This document shows positions 54,601-63,440 of a stretch of DNA of 64,000 nt, piece by piece. The notes beneath the pieces were generated by a model, which ran no database searches, was not told the origin of the DNA, and saw only the letters and a list, made by a program, of their open reading frames with translations. Both the position numbers and the translations under genes were made by a program. Numbering within the stretch: the first letter of the stretch is position 1; each line of letters begins with the position of its first letter. Origin of the DNA: Camelus dromedarius (Eukaryota); assembly GCF_036321535.1 (NCBI RefSeq), contig NC_087436.1, positions 68,574,001 to 68,638,000 on the forward strand, given 5' to 3'.

Positions 54601-57600
54601 ATAAATCAGACCTAAGGAGGGGGTTGTGGAAACCTCTGATTTACAGCCAGTCCTCAGAAGCAGGGGGATGGCTGTGTGTGGGTTCTTGGGGGACTGAACC
54701 CTTAACCTGTGGGATCCGACACTATCATCTCCAGGCAGAAAGTATCAAAACTAAATTAAACCATGGGACACCAAGTTAGGGGTTCAGAATGTTGGAGAAT
54801 TGCTTGGTGTTGGGGGAAAATCCACACACACATAGTCACACAAGTGCCAGAAGTACTGAGATCTTAAAGAAACACGGAAGTGTTTTTTTTCCCTAGACAA
54901 TGGGTAACATGATAATTTAATCACAAGAAAAATCTGGGTCAACCCAGTCACTTTTAGAACATCCGAGGTACTGAGAACTTTTGTTGTTACCTGATGAAGA
55001 TTAAATTGTTGATCTACATTTTTCACTCCTCTGTAATTGGGTTACACATTACTCTTTGCCCATGACCTTAGGAAGGGCAGAGTGTACTTTCCTGCTCCTT
55101 CACTTTGGGCTTGACAATATGACTTGCTTTGCCCAATGGAATATTACTGGAGGTAACACAAACAGAGGCTGGAAATGAAAGTACTTTGATGGTTACACTT
55201 GCCCCTTTGCATTTCTGCTACTGCTAGAAGACCATGTCTTAGGTAGCCTCCTGGTCCCAGAAGAGTGGTACATGGACCAGAACCCAGACTGTGGAGTTCA
55301 AGTTCAGCCTAGAACATCTGCACTCCAACTGACATGCAGATGCATGAGAAAGAAACGCATGTTGCTATAAACCACTGAGTCCGGGTAGTTTTTCATGCAC
55401 AATAATGTGAAAATAGCTGACTGACATAATTACTTTGTCAATAGGCCCCTTCCCTAAAATAGAGGATCTGAAAAGTATTCTAAAAAAAAGTCTCTTAACC
55501 TGAAACTTTTTGTTCTGCTCAATAGACTAGGTTTAATTAGTTAATACTATATTAATACTTAATGATTTGCCTTGGAGTCTGTCAATAACATCTAATACAA
55601 AATGGAGTACTAACCTGGTATTTACCTAAGAAGGATAGATCTGTGGTTTCATTTAAAGGAATAGAAGATGATGTGACATGAACGTATGGATTTAATTCTG
55701 CAACATGTTGAAGTACAGCTTCGGCCCTGAAAAAAAAAACCACACACACACACATACACAAAATAATAAAAACCAAAACACCTTTACTGCTCTTTTGTTC
55801 AATAAAAATACTCAATCTTTCAAACCTGGACACTTTGATGACATCAGAGGAAGCTGAATATTACACAATTTCACTGTGAATTTTATAAACTGGAGAGGAA
55901 AAAAGCTAGGACTTATTTATCTTTATAGAAAACTATATAATCTTGAGATGTAACATACTGCTGTATTCCATAGTAAGTCACAAATCTCAAAGTGTACCCT
56001 TATAGGTCAATGCTACTTAAGTCTCTTAAATATTCAGCAATAATAAAGACCTCTTTAATAATCTTAAAGAAATTCAATCCTAGGTAGCAATGCGAATGTA
56101 TTAAAATTTCGACAAATATAAATAATTAAATGTCTATGGTAGAGTGAATTTATGGTGATGAGCTAAAAACAACTATTACTGATCCATTATTTTAGATACA
56201 GAAAATATTCTAAGTAATTGCCACAGTAACAAAAAAAAATCCTATGATAACATATTAAAATATCTTATGGTCACCTGTTTCTCATATTAACAATATCGTC
56301 TTCACAGAGAAAGAAGTTGGTTCCTAGGTCCCATGCTTGGCATTTTTCTGTATCATGAATAGTAAGTGCCTTCAAAAAAGAGAAAAATATCTGTTAAAGT
56401 CAGGATTAAGACAAGGATTCTCACTATCGCCAACACTATTTATACTGCACTGGAAGTATTTCCTGTGTAATTAGACAATAGAAAGTAATTAAAGGTCTAA
56501 GAACTGGAAAGGTTATATAAAGTTAAATCCATTCACAGATGGTATGACTATACACATCGACAAACCCAGAAAAGTTCATGGAAAAATTAAACAGTAAAAG
56601 AATGTAAATTTAGAAAAGTATATTGAAGCATGTTCAACCCCGCTCAAGAATGAAATTCCCTTTTTCATTCATCAGAATAGCATAAATCCAAAAGCTTGAC
56701 AATGTACTGTATTGCTGAGAATGAAGTGAGTCAGGCATTCTCACACATTATTGGTGGGAACATGAAGTGGCTCAAAACTTCAGTGGAAAAATGTGGCAGT
56801 TGTTAGCAAAATGACATGTGCGTTTATCTTTTGACACAGAAATCCCACTTTTAAGAATTTATCACAAAGACAAACTGGAAAAAAATTTAAAAATCCTTAT
56901 GTACAAGAGTATTAGTGCAGCACTATTTGTAATAGCAATAGACTGGAAATAATTAAAATGTCCACCAATGAGGAACTGGGTACAATTACATATGATACAT
57001 CCACACAATGTATATCCATGCAGCTATTAAAAAAAAAGACTGAAATACATGTATTTATTACCATGGAGTAATACCAAGGTATGCTGTTAACTGATAAAAC
57101 CAAGGTAGAAGTAAGTATGACATTTTAAGAAAGGCAGGTGGGAATAAATATGTACGTACACACACACAAAGATGTGCACATCTATATGTATGTATTTCCT
57201 TACATTTAAAAAGCGATTAAGAAAAGAAAGTGATCTAATAAGGGAAGGAGGAAATAGGGTAGAGATGCTAAACTTACCTGAATATACTTTGCTTTATAAA
57301 TCTGACTTTGAATTACATGTCTCATATAATAGCAAAACTAAATCAAATTAAAAAAGCAATCCCTAAAAATCCAAAGCAAAATGAATAAATGGACCAAAAC
57401 TATTTGAATTTGCTGCGTAACTACACAAAGTAATTCTTTAACGTGACTTAAAAAGCAGTTAATTTGTCTGCCAGCTCCAGATGGGCTATATCCTAAGGAC
57501 TAAAAAGAAACATCTTATATTGTTTTTAATAATCATATTACTATTAATAATGCTGGAATTGTTATTCTAAAACTATGTCATAGACAAGTAGAATATAATA

Positions 57601-60263
57601 CAGGATAAAGTAAAAAGCAATCAGTTTCATGTCATTAAGACCTAAACCCTTATATAAGAGAAGAAACACAAATATAAAGTCTAAGAAAAAATATCCTATA
57701 ATCCTAAACTTGAAACTCAGAAATTTCAGTTTTCACTCATGATGAGTGCTCTAGCTCTGTCCACTGATAAGACTTTACAATCAGTGAAAATCAAAAAGAC
57801 TACTGGAGTAGTGTGAAAAGGACTCAAGAACTTGAAGAAGATCCCCCAAAGCAAAGATGAAGCAATTTGAGCATCAAGAATAATAACAAGTACAATGGCT
57901 CAAAAGACATCCAATATGTCTAAATCCATTAGTTTATCATGATGTTATCATGATACAAACAAATCATACAAATTTCACTGGTCACTGTTGAGGGATGATA
58001 GGAAACCAGTGATTTTGAAAAGTAGAAAATAAAGGGGGAAAAAAATCAAACATTTCTCCTATCTTTTGTACATGTACAAACAAACTATACTTTAGTGAAA
58101 CCAAACAAGTATAAATGGAAACTTTTCTTTCTAAAATACTATTCCGGCTAATAAATGAAGAAGAAATGACAGAATCAGAATATCACAGCCCCAAGAAAAT
58201 AATGAATCCAGGCAATGATCATTAATAGGTAGTAATAATCACAAAATGAGAGAAAACAGAATATTATTTCCTCTTAATGGGAGAACCCAATATCACCTGT
58301 GAAGCAGTAGAACCAAAAGAATCAAATCTGAATCTGATTCTCTGAATATAACTACCAGTTTACAGGAAATACAAGGATGGAGGTATATGAGATAAATGAC
58401 CAACTTTCTTTAACAAGTCAATCGCAAGAGAGAAAAAAAATTCAGGAAAGGGAAATCCATTGATTAAAAGAAACCAAGTTCAGTATATGAGCTTTATTTG
58501 GATCCCGATTAGAACAAAACAAATTTTAAAAAAATTTTCATAAGACAATTGGGAAAATTTGAACTGTGAGTAGATTCTTGATGACTGTAGTACACAAGTT
58601 TCTAAGACAGCCCCAATGATCCCCACTTGCTGGTATTCAGGCCTTTGTGCAATCCCCTCTTCTAGTGACTTACTTTTAATGGCTACAGCATAGGTGATAG
58701 AATGCCACTTCTGAGATTAGGTTACAAACGACTGTGATTTGTCTTGCTAGCACATTCCCTTTCTCATCTTCTTGTTCGCTTACTCTGATGAAACAAACCA
58801 CCATATTGTAAGCTGCTCTATGAAGATGGCCATGAGGCAAGGAACTGAGGGTGACCTCCGACCAACAGCCAGCAAGAAACTGAGGTGGATATGTGAAGTG
58901 GCACAACCCTGTCAATCATGTCAATAACTACATAAGCCAGCTGGGGAAGCAGATCCTCTCCTACTCTCAAGATGACTGCAGACTCTGTCAATATCTTGAC
59001 TAGAGCTTTGAGAGAGACCTTCAAAAAGAGGCATAAGCTAAGTTGTACCTGATTCCTGACCCAAAGAAACTGTTGTTTAAGTTGCTAAGCGCTGTTGTTT
59101 AAGTTTCTAAGTTTTGGGGTAGTTTGTTTTGCAGTAATAGATACCTAACTTCTAAGGATAACAATGAAGAAATGCTTACATTTTTAGATGTGAAAATGAT
59201 AATGTGGTTATGTTTTTAAAAGGTACCTTTATCTTTTAGAGGTATATACTAAAATACTTAATGATATAACAGGATGTCTGAGATTTACATCAAAATAATT
59301 TGGCAGTTAGGGGTCAAAGGTGAATGGGAAGGAGATACATGAAACAAATTTGCCCATGAGCAGATAACTGCAGCTGCATGATGGGTACATGGGGTTCCGC
59401 TAAAACTATTCTTTTTCTGTATAATTTTGAGATTTTCTATAATAAAAAGTTTTTTTTTTAAAGAGGAAAGTAGAGCATTAAAACAATTTAGCTACTAATG
59501 AAGAAGCAATAGTTAGGCCAAAGTGTAAAATAACATTACTATTATTGAAGAGAAAAAAAGAGTTCACAACAGACAATTCTTCTTACCAAGGACATTTACT
59601 CACTTACCTTAATCCCTGCAAGAACAAGATTCTTTGCTATTAAGGAAAAAAAAAAAAGGAGTAGCTTTAGTATTAGGAATTGTGTTGTACATTAGATACC
59701 TTTATGGATCTTGGTCACATCTCTGACTGAATAATTTTAACTTTTTTACTACTTACGAAATATAGGTTCTTTAGAAAATACAAATGAACAAGAAGCAAAC
59801 AATAAAATTTTCATAATCAAACCACACTGAGATAATCACTCAAAACTTTAGTGTATGTATGCTTCCAGACATGCTGTTATGAATATGTGTGTGTCTATCA
59901 TAATGAATTAATAGATACAGAGGAAGATCATTAAATAGCTATTAACATCACAAAAATAGAAGCAAGAGTCATTACTGGTTCCTTGTGGAAGAATGTAATA
60001 GTATAATGAAATAGTCTTGCCAAAAAAAAAAAATCAAAACTGAATCTGATCAAAATTGTGGATCTAATTTCCTTTATAGAAAATAATACAAGAGAAAGGA
60101 GTTAAATTCTTTAAAAATTTGCTTGCTCAAAAGTGTCATATAAAATTATGAATAAAAATACTGCTTACCAATTTCCAAACCAAGACCACCCATACCACTT
60201 AAGAAAACGTGGGACTTGGCCATCTTCTGCATTGCTGTATCTCCAAGAACGTACCTCTGTCGA
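9492..60263 (-). CDS. UBA6: UBA6, ubiquitin-like modifier activating enzyme 6; spliced CDS of exons 3-33, 5'-partial (exons 1-2 outside window)
   Basis: 31 exons joined by hand with consistent phases give 3025 nt of uninterrupted frame. The translation matches my recalled human UBA6 from [14 protein letters not shown] to [12 protein letters not shown], including [37 protein letters not shown] and FEKDDD motifs. Confidence 0.98.
9974..10243. mobile_element. Palindromic MITE, possibly hAT-Blackjack-like
   Basis: Starts agggttaccagac and ends near gtctgg; internal ~66-bp unit present twice direct and once inverted. Confidence 0.5.
11785..12552. mobile_element. L2 fragments in both orientations
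   Basis: caacaaatatttactcatgcctattatgtgccaggc... and ...gcacctggcatatagc...gaataaatgaatgaa L2 3' ends. Confidence 0.7.
12917..13011 (-). CDS. UBA6: UBA6 exon 32 ([31 protein letters not shown])
   Basis: 95 nt; tag| and |gtaagt. Confidence 0.95.
13202..13289 (-). CDS. UBA6: UBA6 exon 31 ([32 protein letters not shown] domain)
   Basis: 88 nt; cag| and |gtgaga. Confidence 0.95.
14053..15490 (+). mobile_element. 5'-truncated L1 (L1MA9-like), ORF2 3' end plus 3' UTR and A-tail, in intron 30
   Basis: ORFs 14166 and 14818 resemble the L1 ORF2 C-terminus ([45 protein letters not shown]); ends in an A-tail. Confidence 0.92.
15656..15783 (-). CDS. UBA6: UBA6 exon 30 ([42 protein letters not shown])
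   Basis: 128 nt; tag| and |gtatgt. Confidence 0.95.
15902..15943 (+). mobile_element. About 42-bp L1 3'-tail insertion with TSD gaataaaagca
   Basis: aaatcaactatacttcaataaaaaa... flanked by direct repeats at 15891-15901 and 15944-15954. Confidence 0.75.
16650..16843 (-). CDS. UBA6: UBA6 exon 29 ([64 protein letters not shown])
   Basis: 194 nt; cag| and |gtgaga; contained in ORF 16557..16868. Confidence 0.96.
18005..18122 (-). CDS. UBA6: UBA6 exon 28 ([39 protein letters not shown])
   Basis: 118 nt; aag| and |gtaagg. Confidence 0.94.
19900..20645 (+). mobile_element. L2 fragment
   Basis: catggctcactccctcacttcctttaggcttctgctcaaatgttacc...; ends taaatgaatgaat. Confidence 0.7.
20661..20732 (-). 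CDS. UBA6: UBA6 exon 27 ([24 protein letters not shown])
   Basis: 72 nt; cag| and |gtatgt. Confidence 0.95.
22081..22150 (-). CDS. UBA6: UBA6 exon 26 ([23 protein letters not shown])
   Basis: 70 nt; aag| and |gtaaga. Confidence 0.94.
23135..23198 (-). CDS. UBA6: UBA6 exon 25 ([20 protein letters not shown])
   Basis: 64 nt; tag| and |gtaagt. Confidence 0.95.
23287..23338 (-). CDS. UBA6: UBA6 exon 24 ([17 protein letters not shown])
   Basis: 52 nt; tag| and |gtaagt; followed by an 88-nt intron. Confidence 0.95.
24080..24207 (-). mobile_element. tRNA-derived SINE (camelid Vic-1-like)
   Basis: Minus strand reads ggggaggtatagctcagtggtagaacgtgtgcttagcatgtacaaggtcctgggttcagtcc (A and B boxes), then an AT-rich tail; possible TSD aaagactt. 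Confidence 0.85.
24446..24525. repeat. 40-bp tandem duplication (2 copies, 1 mismatch)
   Basis: tacagaaaga(c/t)aaggatcagttaaatgcaaaactgacaaa x2. Confidence 0.95.
24742..24870 (-). CDS. UBA6: UBA6 exon 23 ([43 protein letters not shown]), GC donor
   Basis: 129 nt; tag| acceptor, AAG|gcaagt donor. Confidence 0.94.
25386..25463. mobile_element. MADE2-like mariner MITE (~80 bp)
   Basis: Inverted repeats ttaggttgaaccatatgaattgc ... gcaattccacatagttcaacc. Confidence 0.75.
25647..25727 (-). CDS. UBA6: UBA6 exon 22 ([27 protein letters not shown])
   Basis: 81 nt; tag| and |gtaaaa; preceded by a 107-nt intron. Confidence 0.95.
25835..25924 (-). CDS. UBA6: UBA6 exon 21 ([30 protein letters not shown]; catalytic Cys codon at 25892-25894)
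   Basis: 90 nt; tag| and |gtaata; E1 active-site motif PxCT. Confidence 0.96.
27447..27552 (-). CDS. UBA6: UBA6 exon 20 ([35 protein letters not shown])
   Basis: 106 nt; tag| and |gtaagt. Confidence 0.96.
28140..28640 (-). mobile_element. L2 fragment
   Basis: catttatttat...aacaaatatttactgaatg...; ttttattctaggtgtaatgagaaaccat. Confidence 0.55.
28751..28932 (-). CDS. UBA6: UBA6 exon 19 ([60 protein letters not shown])
   Basis: 182 nt; tag| and |gtatgt; overlaps ORF 28606..28863. Confidence 0.96.
30456..30533 (-). CDS. UBA6: UBA6 exon 18 ([26 protein letters not shown])
   Basis: 78 nt; tag| and |gtgtgt. Confidence 0.96.
30952..31157. mobile_element. MER58A-like hAT-Charlie MITE
   Basis: ggtctacaaactac...tttttgtaaataaa...aaaagtttgcagacccc. 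Confidence 0.75.
31306..31466. repeat. 3-copy ~55-bp minisatellite, each unit holding a T-run and a (TG)n tract
   Basis: cac(a/g)ttcac(T)naa(g/c)ctggcatttc...(tg)n repeated three times. Confidence 0.92.
31500..33000 (-). mobile_element. Decayed old L1/HAL1-like fragments
   Basis: T-rich; ttgaaagataatttagctaggtatagaaatctaggttga is typical of antisense L1 ORF1. Confidence 0.5.
34090..34170 (-). CDS. UBA6: UBA6 exon 17 ([30 protein letters not shown]-binding GxGxxG)
   Basis: 81 nt; tag| and |gtaagc. Confidence 0.96.
34886..35017 (-). mobile_element. tRNA-derived SINE (camelid Vic-1-like), second copy
   Basis: Homologous to 24080-24207: gtacagctcagtggtagagcacatgcttaacatgcacaaggtcctaggttcaatacc on the minus strand. 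Confidence 0.85.
35042..35267. mobile_element. MER58A-like hAT-Charlie MITE
   Basis: gggttggcaaaatttttctgtaaagggctagacagtaaat...cacagtctgcaaactcctg. Confidence 0.8.
35390..35468 (-). CDS. UBA6: UBA6 exon 16 ([26 protein letters not shown])
   Basis: 79 nt; cag| and |gtaagt. Confidence 0.95.
35697..35868. mobile_element. hAT-Charlie MITE (MER103C-like)
   Basis: ctttcatcagattctcaaagagatttgtgacccaaaaaggtgaagaa. Confidence 0.55.
36164..36231 (-). CDS. UBA6: UBA6 exon 15 ([22 protein letters not shown])
   Basis: 68 nt; aag| and |gtaata. Confidence 0.94.
37529..37672 (-). CDS. UBA6: UBA6 exon 14 ([48 protein letters not shown])
   Basis: 144 nt; cag| and |gttagt; contained in ORF 37442..37681. 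Confidence 0.96.
39000..40950 (+). mobile_element. Decayed L1 fragments in intron 13
   Basis: aactttatcaaaattaaaaacttctgctcttcaaaaga...caaccacagactggaagagaatatttg (L1 ORF2 3' region). Confidence 0.7.
41089..41155 (-). CDS. UBA6: UBA6 exon 13 ([22 protein letters not shown])
   Basis: 67 nt; tag| and |gtgaat. Confidence 0.95.
41707..41783 (-). CDS. UBA6: UBA6 exon 12 ([25 protein letters not shown])
   Basis: 77 nt; tag| and |gtaatg. Confidence 0.94.
41810..42030. mobile_element. MIR SINE
   Basis: MIR core: acagatgaggaagctgaggcttagggaagttaaatgacttg. Confidence 0.75.
42587..42649 (-). CDS. UBA6: UBA6 exon 11 ([21 protein letters not shown])
   Basis: 63 nt; tag| and |gtaaat. Confidence 0.94.
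43954..44057 (-). CDS. UBA6: UBA6 exon 10 ([34 protein letters not shown])
   Basis: 104 nt; tag| and |gtaagt. Confidence 0.95.
44100..45300 (+). mobile_element. Decayed L1ME-like fragments
   Basis: aatagccaagaaaacttggaagg...gaatagacagg...aacagattagagaattcagaaacagatccc. Confidence 0.6.
44966..44987 (+). mobile_element. 22-nt tailless retrocopy of a SINE/tRNA 5' end with 17-bp TSD
   Basis: ggggaagggatagctcaagtga flanked by tatactatattattttc and tatactatatcaatttc. Confidence 0.65.
46981..47104 (-). CDS. UBA6: UBA6 exon 9 ([41 protein letters not shown])
   Basis: 124 nt; tag| and |gtaagt. Confidence 0.95.
47270..47589. mobile_element. MER33/MER3-like hAT MITE fragment with ~118-bp tandem duplication
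   Basis: gattttgaagacttagta...aaatatctcattaat...attttggatatactgggttaaataaaat; the latter block occurs twice. Confidence 0.8.
49266..49388 (-). CDS. UBA6: UBA6 exon 8 ([41 protein letters not shown])
   Basis: 123 nt; cag| and |gtatga; contained in ORF 49260..49565. Confidence 0.95.
50690..51915 (+). mobile_element. L2 fragment interrupted by a hAT-Charlie-like element (about 50965-51323)
   Basis: aaaatctaggagtcattcttga...; inner element aattattaatgacccaaagagcttttgtttatgtgggttata...cacactctgaaaactactg. Confidence 0.6.
52213..52293 (-). CDS. UBA6: UBA6 exon 7 ([27 protein letters not shown])
   Basis: 81 nt; cag| and |gtaata. Confidence 0.95.
52498..52600. mobile_element. MER2-like Tigger fragment
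   Basis: ggtatccataggggactggttccag...gataccaaaatctgcagatacacaagacccttatataaaatggcatagta. Confidence 0.75.
53996..54890 (+). mobile_element. MER21-like solo LTR
   Basis: ggttcctggcatgtaactcctaa...ccacacctcagtttatgttaat...caataaactggtaa...cctgtgggatccgacactatc. Confidence 0.75.
55032..55427 (+). mobile_element. MaLR LTR (MLT1I/J-like)
   Basis: tttgggcttgacaatatgacttgctttgcccaatggaat...taaaccactgag...aatagctgactgaca. Confidence 0.7.
55615..55726 (-). CDS. UBA6: UBA6 exon 6 ([37 protein letters not shown])
   Basis: 112 nt; cag| and |gttagt; contained in ORF 55582..55833. Confidence 0.95.
56275..56369 (-). CDS. UBA6: UBA6 exon 5 ([31 protein letters not shown])
   Basis: 95 nt; aag| acceptor, |gtgacc donor. 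Confidence 0.94.
56385..59462 (+). mobile_element. Patchwork of decayed L1 (L1MC/ME-like) fragments in intron 4
   Basis: tcaggattaagacaaggattctcactatc...actggaagt; gcagcactatttgtaatagcaatagactggaaa; ends ttctataataaaaag. Confidence 0.7.
58586..59150 (+). mobile_element. MaLR LTR (MLT1E/F-like) nested in L1
   Basis: ctaagacagccccaatgatccccacttgctggtattca...gcaaggaactgaggg...ccaacagccagcaagaaactgagg...gcagtaatagata. Confidence 0.8.
59608..59636 (-). CDS. UBA6: UBA6 exon 4, 29-nt micro-exon (KNLVLAGIK)
   Basis: tag| acceptor after a T-rich tract, AAG|gtaagt donor; required to keep frame between exons 3 and 5. Confidence 0.93.
60169..60263 (-). CDS. UBA6: UBA6 exon 3 ([31 protein letters not shown])
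   Basis: 95 nt; tag| acceptor, |gtaagc donor. Confidence 0.95.
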
Positions 60264-60349
60264 CTACATGTAAAATACAATGAAAAAAAAAATTATTTCA
60301 CCAAAATTATATAACCTTTTAAAATTACTTGCAAACTAATAACCTAGCG

Positions 60350-60613
60350 ACTAGATCCTGCCCACAGACCTGTTTTGGATTAACTGCATAGTGTTTAAAA
60401 TGTCTGAATTAATAGCCAACTATATGAAATACCTTGAAAAATTAGAAAATCTGGCACCACACACCACATTCCCTCATGGCTACAGACAGAATTGGGTAGC
60501 AGTTGCCTTGTTTAGAGGGAGGACTATGTGCTCTAGACTTGCCCCAGTTCCCATTCTGCTCCTCTCATTTATTACCTCAGTGGCCGCTACAAGCATTTGA
60601 GTTTGCAGCCTCC
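60350..60613. mobile_element. hAT-Charlie MITE (MER102-like)
   Basis: cctgcccacagacctgttttg...aagcatttgagtttgcagcctcc. Confidence 0.5.
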
Positions 60614-61329
60614 ACTTGAAGCCTTTCACTGTGAAAAGGATTTCTCAGGCAAAAATTTGTTCCCTCCTTGGAGTTTAGATGATTTAAAATTAAGCATTTT
60701 CAAACATTATTTTAAATATAAAAGCTGTTAAATTATGTAAAGGACCTTGTTAGGTCATCTATTTTAACAGCCACAAGGTAGTATCAGGATGGGAATTTCA
60801 AAAAATACACATTAGCAATTTAAAAAAAAGTCAGATACAGTAATTAAGTCAATAGCAAGAGTTTATTTGAAAGAACAGTGATAAACTTGATATTAGACTA
60901 CTTTTTGAAGATGTGAACTTTCCAATGGATTCTTATGAGAATCATTTGAAAGATGAGCTTAGTATAAATAAATAATTCTAGAACCCCTATGGTTGCAAGT
61001 ATTTCTTTTGGAACACAAACACATGCACATATACACATGCTGGCTTAATGCATGTTTGTTTAATATCTAGATGCTTATTTAATTTCCATATTTCAACTAC
61101 TGATACTCAATATACAAGCCTAAAAAGGGGTCTCTTGTCTAGTAAAAAGAAACTTTATAAACACAAGCCATCTTATTTCCTTCCTTATTCCCTATAATAT
61201 ATAATAAAACCTACACTTTTCTTTTTAAATTGGTATTCGCCATTTCTGCTTCAGAGATAAAATTGATTCATTTATTTATGAAATATTTATTGAACATCTA
61301 CTATGGTATGAACAGTGTATTATATACAC

Positions 61330-62400
61330 TTCCATTCCTTACTTGTGTACCCTTAAACAACATATTTAAGTTTTATCAGTTTTGGAACTTTATATAAATG
61401 GGATTATTTCGAATGTCTTCTGTGTCTTGTTTCTTCTGAATGAAACTATACTTACAAGATTATTCTTATCAATGCATATAGCTGTTTATTAATTTTCATT
61501 TCTGTTGTATTATACTAATCTACTGTGATAATATACCATAATTTAGCTATTCTACAGTTTTGGACAGTTATCAATAATGAGACTTACGAGTATTCTTACA
61601 TATGTCTCATGGTACACATGAAGTTGTTTCTATAGTGTATATATCTAGGAGAGGAAAGGCAGGGTTAACTATTAGATAACGCCAAGCTGTTTTCCAAAGT
61701 AGATGTACTGATTTACTCTCCACCTAGCAGTGTATCAAAGTCCCCATAGTTTCACATCCTTAACATGTGAGAAAAAGTTAACATAGTAGGCCTGATCTTT
61801 AGCTTGCTTATGGGGCTAGTCCTTGGCTAGTGCCTGTGAATTTGGCTTTTGAAATGTTTCCTATGTTAATAATTTTCCTCTTCTATTTGTTCCCCTAGTT
61901 TCCTGAAATAAAAAATTCCTTAATTTTTATGTTTTCTTTTCTAAAATACACATGTAAAACTTTAACTAATCTTAAACAGCATCTCAAATTCTGATACATA
62001 GTACTTTAGATTATTACTTTTCAATTTTAATTATGATTTTTTTAACTTATGGGCTAATCTGAAGTATACTTTTAAATTTCTAATTGTATGAGGAACTTCA
62101 TAATTATCTTTTGTGTTGACTTCTAGCTTAAATGCATTGTGAACAGACATCACAATCTATATAATTGTACTCTTTAATACTAGTAAAGATTTTGGTCAAT
62201 TTTACAAATCTTCCACGTATTCTTGAAAAGAATGTGTACTCTACAGTTGTTAGATACAACATTCTTTATATGAGCATTGGATTACACTTAATAATCATGT
62301 CAGTGAAATCTAGACCCATTCCGATTTTATTGTTTGCTTCTTCTCTTGATTACTAAAAGCAACATTTAAAAAATGCTCCGCTATGATTCTGTTTGTCTAT
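61330..62400 (-). mobile_element. Decayed L1 fragments
   Basis: gccaagctgttttccaaagtagatgtactgatttactctccacctagcagtgtat; cttgaaaagaatgtgtactctacagttgtt. Confidence 0.65.
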
Positions 62401-62444
62401 TCTCCTTACATGTCAGAACCTGAACAGTGCTGACATGTAAGAAT

Positions 62445-62670
62445 GACAGCTAACACTCAGTGTTCATTATGTACCACACATTTTTTGTGTTTTATTTGTA
62501 TTAACTCACTTAATCTTCACAAAAATTCTATAAGCTCAATTATTATTCCCATTTTTGCAGAAAGGAAAACATAAGCACAGAGAAAATAATTAACTTATGA
62601 ATAGTGGAGGCAAGATTCAACTCAGCCAGTCTGGCCTTAGCATCCATACCCTTAACCACTATGCTACACT
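62445..62670. mobile_element. MIR SINE
   Basis: tattattcccatttttgcagaaaggaaaac...agtggaggcaagattcaactc...cttaaccactatgcta. Confidence 0.65.
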
Positions 62671-62899
62671 ACATGCAGATTAAGAAAGTCAAATCATTCT
62701 ACAAGGCTTTTACAGGAAGATAAAAAATCAGTTCCCTACCCCTGATTCCTAAACCCTAAGAACAGCCACCTTCAATTCTCTTAGTTATTTCTTCTAATAT
62801 TTACTGTCTTATTTCTCAATAAGATGTCTGTACATTTATTTCTTGACTTTTCGAGAAATAAATTTGTACCTATTAACTTCCTACTAAGAGAGATGGGAT

Positions 62900-63440
62900 G
62901 ACTTTTCTGAATATAAATCTGGTCATATCATTTTCCTGCTTTAAAAACTCCAGTGGTTTCCTATTTCCCTTATGATAATCTAGACTCCAGTATTAGTCAC
63001 AAAGCCATTTATAATCCAGTCTCTCCCTGGCTCTCTAGCCTCATCTTTGGTCACTCTACCATCAAACTCCATGTTCCAAGTGTACTAAAGGTTTTCAGTT
63101 CCTCTCCCTCAGCATTTCAAGCCTGAATAACTCCCACTTGTCCACAGGTCTCAAATTATACATTACTTTCACCCATGATGCTTCTCTCAATACCCCTAAC
63201 CTTTCTCAAGACAGTGCTGCATCATCTTTTATGTGCATCCCTAACACTCAACATTCAATCTACTGTAATACTTACCATAGTGTATTTTCACTATTTGTCT
63301 ATTTTTCCTAGGAGATTGTAAATTCCTTAAGGCAGGGGCTGCCTTATTTACTACTATATGCCCTATGACTAACAGGGCCTGGCACAACTGGCACATAACA
63401 GACACACAAAAACTGGCTAAATTAATGAAAGAAATGAACT
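62900..63440 (+). mobile_element. L2 fragment
   Basis: aaatctggtcatatcattttcctgctttaaaaactccagtggtttcc...gattgtaaattccttaaggcagggg...cagggcctggcaca. Confidence 0.7.

Noticed and set aside
59070..59112. About 22-bp direct repeat ctgttgtttaagtt(g/t)ctaag
   Set aside because: Small slippage duplication inside an MLT1 LTR; no sign of function.
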